Positions 13,614 to 26,820 are shown, numbered from the stretch's first letter. The stretch: DNA of 64,000 nt from Octopus sinensis (GCF_006345805.1 NC_043002.1:15252001-15316000), one strand, 5' to 3'. The notes: generated from the letters alone by a model not told the origin. Made by a program: numbers and translations.

Positions 13614-13890
13614 TATACTTATACAAATATACATTCATAACGTCCCGGAATATACATATATATTTGTTTCAGTAATTAGAATGCAGCTATGCTGAAGCAC
13701 TGCCATGAAAGGGTTCAGTCGGACAATTTATTTGTTTTCGCGCACTAGTTATCCTTCCGGGTGTTGCGGAAAACTACGTTATGGGGGTGTAAAAACAATA
13801 GATATACTTATATGTATGTATATATATCTGTGTGTATACGTATGCAATTATGTTCGTAAGTATACATACATTTATTCATATATATATATA

Positions 13891-14298
13891 CTCTTTTACT
13901 CTTTTACTTGTTTCAGTCATTTGACTTCGGCCATGCTGGAGCACCGCCTTTAGTCGAGCAACTCGACCCCCGGGACTTATTCTTTTGAAAGCCCAGTACT
14001 TATTATATCGGTCTCTTTTGCCGAACCACTAAGTAACAGGGACATAAACACACCAACATCGGTTGTCAAGCAATGCTAGGGGGACAAATACAGACACACA
14101 AACACACACAAGCCTATATATATATACATATCTACGACGGACTTCTTTCAGTTTCCCTCTACCAAATCCACTCACAAGGCTTTGGTCGGCCCGAGGCTAT
14201 AGTAGAAGACACTTGCCCAAGGTGCCACGCTGTGGTACTTAACCCGGAACCATGTGGTTGATAAACAAGCTACTTACAACACAGCCACTCCTGCACCT
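13891..14298 (-). mobile_element. tRNA-derived SINE family A, full length
   Basis: Minus-strand head GCAGGAGTGGCTGTGT..GGTT..GTACC, central CA/TA tract, and (GTAAAAGA)n tail; matches 44511-44918. Confidence 0.9.
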
Positions 14299-14349
14299 AT
14301 ATATATACATATATATACAATATATGTGCGTGTGCGTATGTGTGTATAG

Positions 14350-14640
14350 AAGTTAGAAAAGTAACACGCGAGTCGATATGTATAAGAAAAATGAGATAAA
14401 GTAGAAAATGCTGAAATAATTTTATCATGAACTACATTTTAATAATGTTGTTCGTCTTTTAGACTTTTTCAGCTAAGAGTTAAATAAGAAAAGACAATTG
14501 AATTGGAGGAAAAAAAAATAAGTGAAATGTTTCGTAGATATTTCCATAGTTTTAGATACGTAAGTATTTCCATAGTCTTCGGATAGTCTGCCCCTGTCTT
14601 TATTTATTAGGTAGTTAATCTGAAGGAATAGTTTTCGCAG
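14350..14640 (-). mobile_element. Probable Penelope-like 3' end (GIY-YIG tail + pLTR with degenerate hammerhead)
   Basis: Minus strand reads INKDRGRLSEDY (resembles the NxDxGxxL..Y/W end of PLE endonucleases), then CTGAAAA-A-GTC-TAAAA-GAC-GAAC. Confidence 0.45.
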
Positions 14641-15124
14641 AGAGAAATGATGGCTTAAGCAGGAGCAGCCGATGGAGGGGTAGAAGGAGAAAAAAATGAA
14701 GAAAATGGTGGAGGAGATGGTGAATGAGAAGATAAAGGAGGAAGAGATATTGGTGTAGGGAAAGAAGGAAGAGAAAGAGAAAAAAGCAAAATACAGGAGT
14801 GCTGTGACACAGTTATTTGTTCGTGGAATCTTCTTTAATGGTCAATTGACCTAGCAGTGACCTGCTGTGGTCGTAACAGTAGTGGCTGAAATTGTTCTAA
14901 ATTCTTTTAGTAATTTCATCTATAGTGGTGGCAGCATTCAAATTATGTTTACATTTTGCGAAAAAATATGCATCTTTGCTAATGCGGTGATTATAGTTTG
15001 CATTGTCCCCGAGGCTGCTTCTGCTTAAACGACCAAATTCGATATTGAAAGTAATCCTTCAGATTTAAAGACTATGTAAATATCTACAAAGCACTTCACT
15101 TAATATTTTTTCTCTAATTTAACC

Positions 15125-15539
15125 TATTTCTTTGCTACCCACAAGGGGCTAAACACAGAGATGACAAACAAGGACAGACAAACGGATTAAGTCGATTACA
15201 TCGACCCCAGTGCGTAACTGGTACTTAATTTATCAACCACGAAAGGATGAAAGGCAAAGTCGACTTCGGCGGAATTTGAACTCAGAACGTAACGGCAGAC
15301 GAAATACCTATTTCTTTATTACCCACAAGGGGCCAAACACAGAGGGGACAAACAAGGACAGACATAGGTATTAAGTCGATTACATCGACCCCAATGCGTA
15401 ACTGGTACTTATTTAATCGACCCCGAAAGGATGAAAGGCAAAGTCGGCCTCGGCGGAATTTGAACTCAGAACGTAGCAGCAGACGAAATACCGCTAAACA
15501 TTTCGCCCGGCGTGCTAACGCTTCTGCCACCTCACCGCC
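15125..15539 (-). mobile_element. SINE family B dimer flanked by a 17-bp TSD
   Basis: A full unit followed by a unit lacking its head; TTTTCTCTAATTTAACC at both 15108-15124 and 15540-15556. Confidence 0.92.
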
Positions 15540-16415
15540 TTTTCTCTAATTTAACCATTTACTTATTTTACTGTTACCTGAAAAATGTCTAAAACACGAG
15601 AACAAGTGCTGCAATGTACTTCATGATAAAACTATTTTAGCATTTCCTACCTTGTCTTATTTTCCTTCATTTTTTCTCCTTCTTCCCCTCCATATATATA
15701 TATATATATGTGTATATATATATATACTGCGTGAGAGAGACCAAAGTGTTCGTAGGCCGCTATATGTATATAAAAAGAATTCAAAAATGGACAATGACGG
15801 AAAACAAAACAACGAAATGGTGCCCAAATACAAATGCAAATAGAAGGTCATAACAACAGGTGTCTTTCGACTAAGGACGGATTAAATTAAGCTGGCGGGT
15901 GTGAAAGTGAAGCCTTACGCCAGGGACATAAGTCATGACGGGTATGGGGAGGAATATAGATGCTGCACGTATGGTAGTCGAACCAACAAAGTAAGGTCAA
16001 TGTTGGCCGAACACCGGTCTCATGCGGAGATAGAAGAGAGGTAGAGGCAAAGAGACAGAAGTATTAGAGAGAGACAAGAAAAAAAGGGGAGAGAGAAGTG
16101 AAAGAGGAGGGAAGGTGAAAATGAAGAGAAAGCCAGGAAATATGAGAGAGAGGGAACGAAACAAAGAAGACTGGAAAGAACGAAGTGTGAAGGGGTTATA
16201 GAAAGAAACACTGAAAGAATAAGAGAGTCGTATAAAAGTTATATATATATATATATATATATACATACATGTGTGAGTGTGTGTACTTACATATAAGAGA
16301 CTAGCCCAATTGCAAAGATAATCTGGAACTCAACTGAGGAAATAAAACTAAGAGTGACATGTCTGTTTTATTTTTGCGTCCTTGTCCAATTTTTTGTATA
16401 CCTTTATATATATAT

Positions 16416-17031
16416 AATGGATGCCCCCCTCGTTATCGAGTAAGGCCATTGCACGAAGCTTAACTGTTACTGGTGCTTTGATCGAATGTGACTTTTAGCC
16501 CAGCTAAAGATCTACAATGTCTTGTACAAAATTGGCAACTGAAACCTTTACCGGTAATAGCCGGCTGTATTTGTAACTGGGCTTCATGTACCTTCGCATG
16601 TCGTTTAAGTCCTCCTGCCGAATTACACTCTCTTCCACATGCCCGACAGATATGATTAGTATGGTGTGTTACACCACCACCAGTGGCCAGGTTGTCACTG
16701 ATATGGAGAGTTAGCCAAAGGAGAACGACCTCCACATAAACCAAATAAGAGTTATAAGGACTTGCTGAAGGCTTCCTTAAGAGATGCTTGCATCTCTCCT
16801 GACACATGGGAAGGCATGGCTATTGATCGTAGCAGGTGGAGAAGGATTGTGCGTAAAGGGACAGCCACTTTTGAGAAATCTCGAGTTGCACATGAGAAAG
16901 TAAGGAGGGATGTCAGGAAGGGCATCGTTGTGACACTTCCAGAAGGGAAGAGTCTTCTTTTGATGCTGACTTGCAATGTCTGTGCAAGACCCTGCCTTAG
17001 TAAATCGGGACTCAAGAGTCATCTTCGTAGT
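16416..17031 (-). mobile_element. 5'-truncated RTE LINE with 5' inversion (three C2H2 fingers)
   Basis: 16705->16416 on minus carries fingers 2-3 and the 3' UTR; 16702-17031 on plus carries YGELAKGERPPHKPNKSYKD through finger 1 (CNVC..KSHLRS); (TA)n on both flanks. Confidence 0.88.
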
Positions 17032-17843
17032 TATATATATATACACACACATACAAGAGGTTTGTGTTAGTATCTGTCAAGCAAGTCTTTGGTCATCCTG
17101 ATGTTTTGTAGAAGACAATTGTCCAAAATATCATTTAGTGGGGCAGAGCACAGAACTATCTGGCTGGAAAACAAATTACGACGCAGAAACACTTGTTTCT
17201 ATGTATGTTTTCATTAAAGGGAAATTAAAACATGTTAAGACAGTACAAGCTACTAGAATAATCGGACCTATAGGGGTTATGGAAGTAACCCACTATGGGA
17301 TATCAGTTATCCAATATAGTGTTGGTAACGTACCCAATTACTAAATATATAAATGCTTATAATTGCAATGCAATTAATTCATTCATTGTATTGAATGGGT
17401 GACGGTAAAAATATTTTACCGTTAACTCATAATACAAATAAGAAAATGGAGGAACTAATTAATTTCGATCATCAACTTACGGATATTACAATTTCACATT
17501 ATTTATTAATTATACAAATAGGAACATGAAAATCGAACAAAACAATATACATTAATATGCAAATTAATAATAAAATACAGATAATACAAATAAACTGCTC
17601 CTTACAGCTGTTTCAGCCTATGGTCGAGAGACAATCCAACTTAAATTGCCGATAGATGCCATTGTAATATAGTCCTAGGCATTAAAGATTATATTCACCT
17701 GTGAATTCGATGCTTCAACACAGAAGTGATGTCACATATAGGTCCGATTATTTTAGTAGCTTGTACTGTCTTAACATGTTTTATGTTCCCTTTAATGAAA
17801 ACAACGGAATGAATGTGTTCCTCCATTTTCTTAAATATATATA

Positions 17844-18255
17844 CTCTTTTTCCTCTCTCTCTCTTTTACTTGTTTCAGTCATGTGACTTTGACCATGCTG
17901 GAGCACCACCTTTTAGTCGATCAAATCGACCCCAGGATGTATTCTTTGTAAGTCTAGTACTTATTCTATCGGTCTCTTTTGCCGAACCGCTAAGTGATGG
18001 GGAAGTAAACACACCAGCGATGTTGGGGGAACAAACACAGACACACAAACACATACAGAGATACACACACACATATATATATACATACATACGACGGTCT
18101 TCTTTCAGCTCCCATCTACCAAATCCACTCACAAGGCTTCGGTCGGCCCGAGGCTATAGTAGAACACACTTGCCCAACGTGCCACGCAGTGGGACTGAAC
18201 CCGGAACCATGCGGTTCGTAAGCAAGCTAATTACCACACAGCCACTCCTACGCCT
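17844..18255 (-). mobile_element. SINE family A, full length
   Basis: Same head, body and tail as 13891-14298. Confidence 0.9.
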
Positions 18256-18268
18256 ATATATATATATA

Positions 18269-18314
<46 letters not shown>

Positions 18315-19149
18315 ATATTCATTAGGATTCTTGAGATGGCGAAAGAAACCAAGATGATATTCATCTGGATATCATTTCTCTCCATCCACCTTCCTGGAAA
18401 TTTTTGGTCTAAATAAGTTTCAACAATTATAACAATATTTGTCAGAACGCTTCCGCTTGAGACCATATCTTACGCCTTTCTGTCGCAAGAATATCATCTA
18501 ATTTTGATAAAACATTTGTAATTCAGGATTTATGGTATCGTTTATGCAACAATATGCCGACACGAATTTCCGTAAAAAATCTCAGAAATATTTTATACAA
18601 AAAATGTAAATGTGTTTACGTGTTTGATCTTTCCGGATTATAGTATATATCATAAAGAAACGACATGTTATTATTACGGACTGCTTGTTAAGCTAGTCTG
18701 AGACATATTTTTGCCACTTTTTTTGTTATTCAGTATATGACATAAATTCACCACTCTTCCACATATAAGTTAACATCTTTTTTTTTTCAATACATCTAGT
18801 TGCTTTAGAGAAGAAATATAACACTTCGCCCATGTGTTTGATCATCCGGCAGCAACTTAACTATCAAATGAAATGATGGCAATTTAGTAGTAAACGAATC
18901 ATTGATTGTGAATCAATAAACAGATTGGTTGCTAGATGTTCGGCAATTATTTTATAGAGTTGGAAGAGATGAAAGGCAAAGCCTGTTCCCAGATGAATTT
19001 GATCTTGGAACGGAGAAAACAAAAATTACACACTTCAAGCTATACTTTCAGAAGCTTTCCTTCCTCTAATGTTGCAAGAACAACTCAACAACTATTAACA
19101 ACAGGAACAAATGCAACTATCAGCACTACCACCAGGCTTACTACAGCCA

Positions 19150-19316
19150 TTAGCAGCAGCAGCAATAGCGACAGTAGTATTAGTAGCAGTAATAGTAGTT
19201 GTAGTAGTTGTAGTAGTAGTAGTAGTAGTAGTAATAGCAGCAGCAGAAGTAATAATAGTAGGAGTAGGATTAGTAATAGTAGTAGCAAGAGAAGCAGCAG
19301 CAGCAGCAGCAGTAGC

Positions 19317-19369
<53 letters not shown>

Positions 19370-19370
19370 A
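19150..19370. repeat. Compound (AGC)n/(AGT)n microsatellite
   Basis: Direct reading; source of the spurious poly-S/T/V ORFs. Confidence 0.95.
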
Positions 19371-19647
19371 CCTCAATACTTTTGCCTTTATGATGGTATT
19401 TTTTCACAGATACTTTGCACACGCCAATGTGATTTAGTAGACTTTCAAGTTAATCTTCTGCAAATTCTCTTTCTGTTCTAAGCTTTTAAGTCCGTCTGCT
19501 GCCTTGCGATTAACCCTCGCACATATCTAATTAGTAAAGCTGGCCAGGTGTTCATTGATTCACTCTTATTCCGCCCGTTTAATTTTGACATGGATCAGTC
19601 AATATTTGCGTAAGTACATCACCTTAAAATTTTCTGCCATTTCTCTA

Positions 19648-20121
19648 CTCTTTTACTCTTTTACTTGTTTCAGTCATTTGACTGCGGCCATGCTGGAGCA
19701 GCGCCTTTAGTCGAGCAAATCGACCCCGGGACTTATTCTTTGTAAGCCCAGTACTTATTCTATCGGTCTCTTTTGCCGAACCGCTATGTGACGGGGACGT
19801 AAACACACCAGCATCGGTTGTCAAGCATTGCTAGGGGGACAACCACAGACACACAAACACACACACACACATATATATATGGTGTTCGTATGCTGTCCTG
19901 GTGTTCGTATGCATTCAATCCTTCTTCCAGGAAATCTACGCTTCCAGCTTAGTTTTTCTTGGAGGGCTGCCGTGATCTAGTAATCTCAAGATTAATCAGC
20001 CGAATTACTACGATGATCCGGTTCTTGACTGAAGACTGAGGGGTTCGAATGTCCTGTCCATGTTTATTGTATCGTCTTCTATGATTATACGTTCTTGTCC
20101 AGTTGTATTTTTCTACATACC

Positions 20122-20166
<45 letters not shown>

Positions 20167-20330
20167 GACAGGATTCTTTCCAGTTTCCGTCTACCAAATC
20201 CACTCACAAGGCATTGGTCGGCCCGGGGCTATAGCAGAAAACACTTGCCCAAGGTGCCACGCTGTGGGACTGAACCCGGAACCATGTGGTTGGTTAGCAA
20301 GCTACTTACCACACAGCCACTCCTGCGCCT
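19648..20330 (-). mobile_element. SINE family A interrupted by a ~243-bp insertion (19881-20123) in its central microsatellite
   Basis: 3' half at 19648-19880 and 5' half at ~20165-20330 are collinear with the intact copies. Confidence 0.88.
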
Positions 20331-22335
20331 CCATCACTCCCTCTCCACCAATTTATCTATTTCCAGTTTCAACATGTACATATGGTTCGTCTCTTCCATC
20401 TGCTTCATGAACTCGCACGACGGTATCACTGGCCAGTCATTACATTTGATTTTGCCTCTCTTCAAATCTAACACGCCACACCTTTTCTGTCAGAACACAA
20501 TTCTCACATCAGCACTGAAATTAAACACCATATCAACGAGGGAACTGACTTGGGATTCATCTTTACCATAAAGATTGAGGTCATCCATGATTAAGAAATG
20601 GTTGACGTTTAGTTGGTGTCTTTTGAATACACACCCAGTCTCTGCTTTCCTTAGAATCAGTGTTAGTCGTATCATACACAGTACGAAGATCAGTGGGGAC
20701 AGGCTATCCCTTATGGAAGATGCCTTTCCTGGTTTCTATTGTCCCTAAACTTCTTCCATAGCTGTCAGTTCCGTCCTCCACTTCGTCATACTTTTTACCA
20801 AGCAATCGCTCAACATTCGATGCAATACCAAATACGTTCTGCAATCCATAATCCAAGATTGTGGGATCATATCGTACGCCTTTTCATAATCGATCCACGG
20901 CATGACTAAGCTAGTTTTCCGCCACTTGCAGTCTCTTAGTAGAGTTTTGTCTACCAGGAGTTGATCCTTGCTACCTCTATACTTACGCTTGCAACCCATC
21001 TGCTCATGTAGCAGGATATCTTTTTTCTAGATGTACGTACATTGACCCTGCGAATATTTCAGTCAATAATCTCCATATAGTTGGCGTGCAGGATATCGTC
21101 CTGTAATTGTCCACCGTATTGCTTTTGCCGATGCTTTTCAAGCACAGCACTCTCCTACCCCTTGTCAATCACTCTGGTTGTACTTGATTGGCATTTAACA
21201 AGATGTTAATTTGTGTAGCTATTCGTGCATATCATTCACCAAATCGTTTGATCCAGTAGCTTTGAACTCCATCAGGACCGGGACCTTCCAGATGCCGATT
21301 TTTCGCTGATTTCCTTCACTTTCCGAACAGCAATGACTAGTTCTCTCTCTTTTGGTAGAGTACTGTTTCTTTCAGTTCTTGCAAACATTCAGCATTCTTC
21401 TTGTGCTCCTTATCTTTACTACAGATGTCATTTCAATACCTTTGACTTTCAATGATATCTGGCATCAGGTTTTCAGCTGTACGCTGACCATTTATTTCTT
21501 TATAGAATCTCTTCTAATCTACTCCAAATAAACTATTCTGCTGGTATCACTTCATTATTTGGTCGTATCTTAATCTTAGGATTTTCGCTTTCTTTGCAAC
21601 GAGGCGCTGTTTCATTTTCTCCATTACTAATTTCAGAACATTTCTTTCAATATCATACTTCCATATCAGTGCCCTGTAATGTTGTTTGCTGTTAGGTCCC
21701 CACTTCTCTTTTGGGTCTAGCAGAGAAATGGCCATCGAGAGCATATCTCGTCCCGCCTGTATTCTCCTTTTCTACCATGGGTCATTTTTTTCATCAACAT
21801 TCCAATTTTCTGCTACAACAATATTGATCAAATTGTTTGTTTTTGCGATACTTTTGATTCTGAGGTATTTCAGAATTTCAGTCGCACTTTTCGTTTCTTG
21901 GTTCAATTTCCACTGATCAACCTATTTCAAGTTGCAAATAATGTCGCTATCGTTCTCCTGTAGTCTTGCCTTTGTTCTGTCGTCGATTGCCTTTTGATCA
22001 TCTGTCACGTCACCATTAGTTTTCTTTTCTTCTTCCAAACCATCTATATGTCTCTCCTCGAGCAAGCTATCACTGTTCTTTTCCTGTGGTTTATTAGAGA
22101 CTTTACCTCTGTTTTCTTCTATGAGTACTTTTATCAATATGAATTCTATTTTCCTCGTTTCCTATGCTACTGTTTTCCAATAACCATCTTCTGATCGCTT
22201 CGAGCCCTCCTTCTGTGAACCAACGATTTTTTCTCATTGCTCTAGCGTGATCACATAATCTTTGTTCCGTGAGTTGAAACAATCCTCTGTCTCTCCATTG
22301 ATCATATATACGTTGTAGGTATCCCCTAAGATGAA
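20331..22335 (-). mobile_element. R4/Dong-clade LINE fragment (N-terminal region through RT)
   Basis: GYLQRIYDQWRDRGLFQLTEQRLCDHARAMRKNRWF; [26 protein letters not shown]; NHFLIMDDLNLYGK. Confidence 0.88.
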
Positions 22336-22339
22336 CACC

Positions 22340-22515
22340 ATTTTTGTCAACGGGATTGCTCTGGCAATGATGATGTGTGGTATTTCGCCCGTCGCTACAT
22401 TCTGAGTTCAAATTCAGCCGAGACCGATTTGCCTTTACCCTTTCGGGCTCGACAAATGTAATCAATCAGCCCCTCCCACTAATTTCACCTCATGTACCTA
22501 TAGTAGAAAGGGAAA
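22340..22515 (+). mobile_element. SINE family B, diverged
   Basis: GGTATTTCGCCCGTCGCTACATTCTGAGTTCAAATTCAGCCGAG..TTTGCCTTT matches family B. Confidence 0.7.
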
Positions 22516-24007
22516 TTATTTGTATTATTATTGTTGTTGCTGTTATATATATTAAACGCAGTTATTTCTTTAATATATGGGAACATTACTTTGGGAAATT
22601 TATTTCGGCAATGTCAGTCTTGTCAAGGTAAAATTTACCTTTCATCCTCTCTGATTAAAGTATCTCTCAAGTACCGACAGCTATGATATCGTCTACTACT
22701 CTAAAAAAATTACCCATAGTTTCATATCTGCAATGGACTCAGTATCTCGTACTCATTTCAATTATATCTTCTGTGCTGTCTGCTTAATTAAATTTATCAT
22801 ATATTTTATGTTTAATATTTTTTAAAACAACATAATATTTTTAAATACTTTGCTTTCTATACTGTATTTTATTTTTATCTATTATCTTATACATCCGCTT
22901 ATATAACTTCGTTACGCCTCCAATAATTTGTGTTTAGATAAATCTGCGCAGATCCGTATTATTAATATTCTTTGCATTGTGTGCAAAAACAGTTTGTGAT
23001 TAATGCAGAAATGCTTATCAGCATAATAGTAAAATAAATTATGGCTATAACAAAACATCTCATTAACTTGTAGTTTTGAAGCAGCTTATTGGTGTCTTTT
23101 ACGGAACAGCTGAGGCTGCATTGAATGTACTTAATGGTTCTAATAATATAACTCTCAGGTGGCTAACGTTCAGAAATGTTTTAATTAAGGGGTTCGGCAG
23201 AGAGTAAACTGATTGAATTTTCTGAGATTTGCTTCTGGGGTCTAAGCTACATGTCTTTCCTGTGCTTGAAATATCCTGGTTAAACTTCCCAGCCTTGTTA
23301 TTTTACTATTTTATGCTTTAAGCCAATGACTCTTCTGTTCTTTATTGTTGTGCATTTGCCTGAAAATCTTTCATATTTAGTCGTAGAAGCACACGTATGT
23401 AAAACTAAATAGAAAAGATAGTTTAAATTTCATACAAAAATTCGTATGATGCGGGAAACTGGCAGTTTTATCACATATTTTACATTCATTATTTATTCCT
23501 TCAACTTAAACCGCGTCAAATAACCCCTCCCCATACACACACTCATAGATATTTGCACACACATACGTATATGCATAAAAGAAAACGCCATCACATATGA
23601 TAGTAGGAGATCTGCGTTACATCTCAAAAATTCAATAAGATGGGCATGGTAGTTGCACATTACTGTGAGCTAAGAAGAAAGGATTGTATTACACGTTATC
23701 ATTATGAATATTTTGTTTATGCATTGTATTCAGCAGCTTCCTTAAGGCATTCATGAATAAATACTTTTAAACAGTATTGTAGCAGTCCAAACGGGAATCT
23801 CACACATTACGGTAAAGGCCATAAAATAAATACGCGGACTTCTTGTTGCAATCTCATATTTCATAATTAGAATTGAGCAGAACTAAATTTTGACACGAGG
23901 AAATAAACAAAAAAATGGGTGATAAATTAAACAGGGTTCCTCTCTTCACTGTATGTCACTTAACGAACGTTTCGTTCGGACGTATCCAGCTTATACCAGC
24001 GTGAAAT

Positions 24008-24314
24008 GTGCTGCTGCGTTGCTGCTGCTGTTGTTGTTGCTGTTGTTGTTGTTGCTGCTGAAGATAAATGATGATGACGTTTATGATGTTATGATGACGA
24101 TGAAGAGGGTGAGGATGATAATGGTGATGATGATGGTACTGACGCAGACGACGTCGTCGACGATGATGATGTCGATGGTGATTAGGGTGACTGTTATGAA
24201 CATCGTGATGACAATGATGGTTGTAGTAGCATTGATGCTGCTGCTGCTGCTGATGATGATGATGATGCGGATAATGATGACGATTATCATCATCATCGTC
24301 ATCATCAACATCCC

Positions 24315-24363
<49 letters not shown>

Positions 24364-24392
24364 GTCAACATCATCATCATCATCATCAACGT
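24008..24392. repeat. Compound (GCT/GTT/GAT/CAT)n trinucleotide tract
   Basis: Direct reading. Confidence 0.95.
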
Positions 24393-26419
24393 CATTTCTT
24401 GTATGATTTCCTTGGTTGCGAACGTACGTTCTAAATGCGTTGCAGCGGTTGATGTGCAATGATTTTTACTATAAATTGTGATATTTTCGTAGTGATCCTT
24501 GTGATCCTTGTTTCTTTTCCTCATTTCCATGCCCTTGCATTTCTTCAAAGCAATCAACCTGAAATTGAACACCAAAACGCAACACTGGGATGAAGGTGCA
24601 CACGAAAGAAGTCACACATATTACCAACACGTTAAACTCAACAAGAACGCTAAGTAACCACAACAGATAGAACTATACATATAAAAAAAGAAAGCTTCAG
24701 TATTAGAAGCAGCAGCAACAGTCTCGAAAACAAAAGTTGCAGTAACACCCGAAGCAACAACAGATGTATACGATCACAGCCACACCATCAGCTACAATAC
24801 TAGGAATATAAGCTAAGAAATCATCAATGGTTTCTATAAGAAAATGGTGCATTACACGATTCCAGTTCTTCAGCCATTTTCTCCAGCCTATCACTTGCAT
24901 AGATACAAAAAGTATTCATAGGGTTATCTATCTCATACAGTTTTGATTCGTATTTTGATGGAACGACGAAAAAGTAAAATGTTGACATGTTTGAGGGGGG
25001 TCCGCATTAGTTAGATAGGGGAAAATCGTGAAGAATGAAGAAATGGTGATAAACATTCAGTAATACTGGTAGTAGCAGCAACAATAGTCATAACCGTATT
25101 GATAGCAATAATGGTACAGTCGATTCCGTTATCGTAGAATTTTGAAGAACACATCGAAGTATATATTGATAAAGATGTTTTTATGCTCTACACCATTTTG
25201 CGTTGAATTTGTCCAACTAGTTATGTGATATATTATAGCTTTTGTTACGAAATTGGCCACAGAGAGAAACCAGTTCCCACCTATGTGGTTATATTGTTTG
25301 GTCTAAATGTTGTGAAGTTTATATTCGAATAATTATTTACGAATTTTAAGTGAATAGCAGACGGAAATGGAAATAGTAAGACTAAATGGAGATTCTGGAA
25401 TATTAGAAGTAAAGCTTAAATTTCTCATTATGGAGCGGATCAGGTGAGGATTCAATACGAGCAGGATTAGCATTGCTACCTATTGTGCTAATACCATTTG
25501 CTTTATCAACGCATCCGTCAAATCACAGGTCCAGTGGTTGCACTCAACGTCTAGCTCTGACTTCGGTGATATGCGGCTGGGGCACGTATGATGCAAATGC
25601 TGTAGGTAGAGTAGAAAAACATGATTCGTGAGTAAGAAAACATAAGGTTAATGTCAACGTGACACTCGTAGTGACACTGAATAGGAATCATCATGAAAAT
25701 ATATTTAAAATATCGAACACTAATATAGTGGTGATTAAATTAGAGAAGGCAACATTAGAAGAGGGACAAGGGGACTAAAAATTGGACAAATCGTTGTAGG
25801 GAAAACAATGCGCCAGTCAGATGGAAGTTCAAATGCAAAAGAATGCGGTAAATGATACTCGATACTTGAATTGTAACATTGGGAAGAACATCAACCGACA
25901 ACTTTGGATGTAATCAAATTTCACAGTAAATAAACTGTATCACGAAATCGATCGTTATGGTTTGTCAGTTGGGTTAGCCAAAGAATTAATGCGCAACTTG
26001 ACAAATTTCTCGAAAGCAAAAGGTTGAAATTGAAGCAGATTCTCGTATTTCACGACCATTTTGTGGATAAGGCAAATTCATAGAGATAAAATACACTCCT
26101 CTACAGATACAAGACACCGAAAAACTTTCTCCTTACACAAGGAGACAAACTGCGATACCAGCAACTGCAATGCCAGAAAAAGTAATTGCCGCATCAGCAG
26201 TACCGGCAGAGATCATTTTCCCAAACTAAAGCAGAACTTTCAGGAACATTACTTTCATTATTTACACTTGACCGGTAATTGTCCTCATCTTGTTTGTTGC
26301 GAACACAACATTTCGACTGATATATGCTCCAGCCTCCATACCTCATGAAGTGTCTTGTGGAAATTTTGAACATGTGTTCTCATTCCTAGTGATTTTTTCG
26401 ATGTTATTTTTATTATTCT

Positions 26420-26577
26420 TATTCAGGTCATTGCATGGAATCGGACTTGGAATATTGGGGTTTGTAGCCCGCACTCTTAACCACCACGCAATATGCCCGG
26501 GAGTATATGGTGTAGTGGTTAAAAGCGTGGGCTACTAACCCCAAGATTCCGAATCCGATTCCAGGCGGTTACGTGGA
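26420..26577. mobile_element. Two ~80-bp tRNA-only SINEs, head to head
   Basis: Plus copy ..GTATATGGTGTAGTGGTTAAAAGCGTGGGCTACTAACCCCAAGATTCCGAATCCGATTCCAGG + (AAT)n; minus copy ..GCATATTGCGTGGTGGTTAAGAGTGCGGGCTACAAACCCCAATATTCCAAGTCCGATTCCATG + AAT-rich tail; shared centre CCCGGG at 26496-26501. Confidence 0.8.

Positions 26578-26820
<243 letters not shown>

Noticed and set aside
17590-17640. Minus-strand GGCTGAAACAGCTGTA resembling the 3' half of a hammerhead
   Set aside because: No CUGANGA upstream and no stem I.
17813-18325. 170-aa ORF, and similar ORFs at 20095, 46914 and 60630
   Set aside because: Read-through of SINE family A sequence.
18936-19481. 181-aa Ser-rich ORF
   Set aside because: Its start overlaps a decayed family B SINE and the rest is (AGC/AGT)n.
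23953-24575. 167-169-aa ORFs on both strands with poly-D/H/Q or poly-I/M/L runs
   Set aside because: They are translations of a compound trinucleotide microsatellite and contain no domain.
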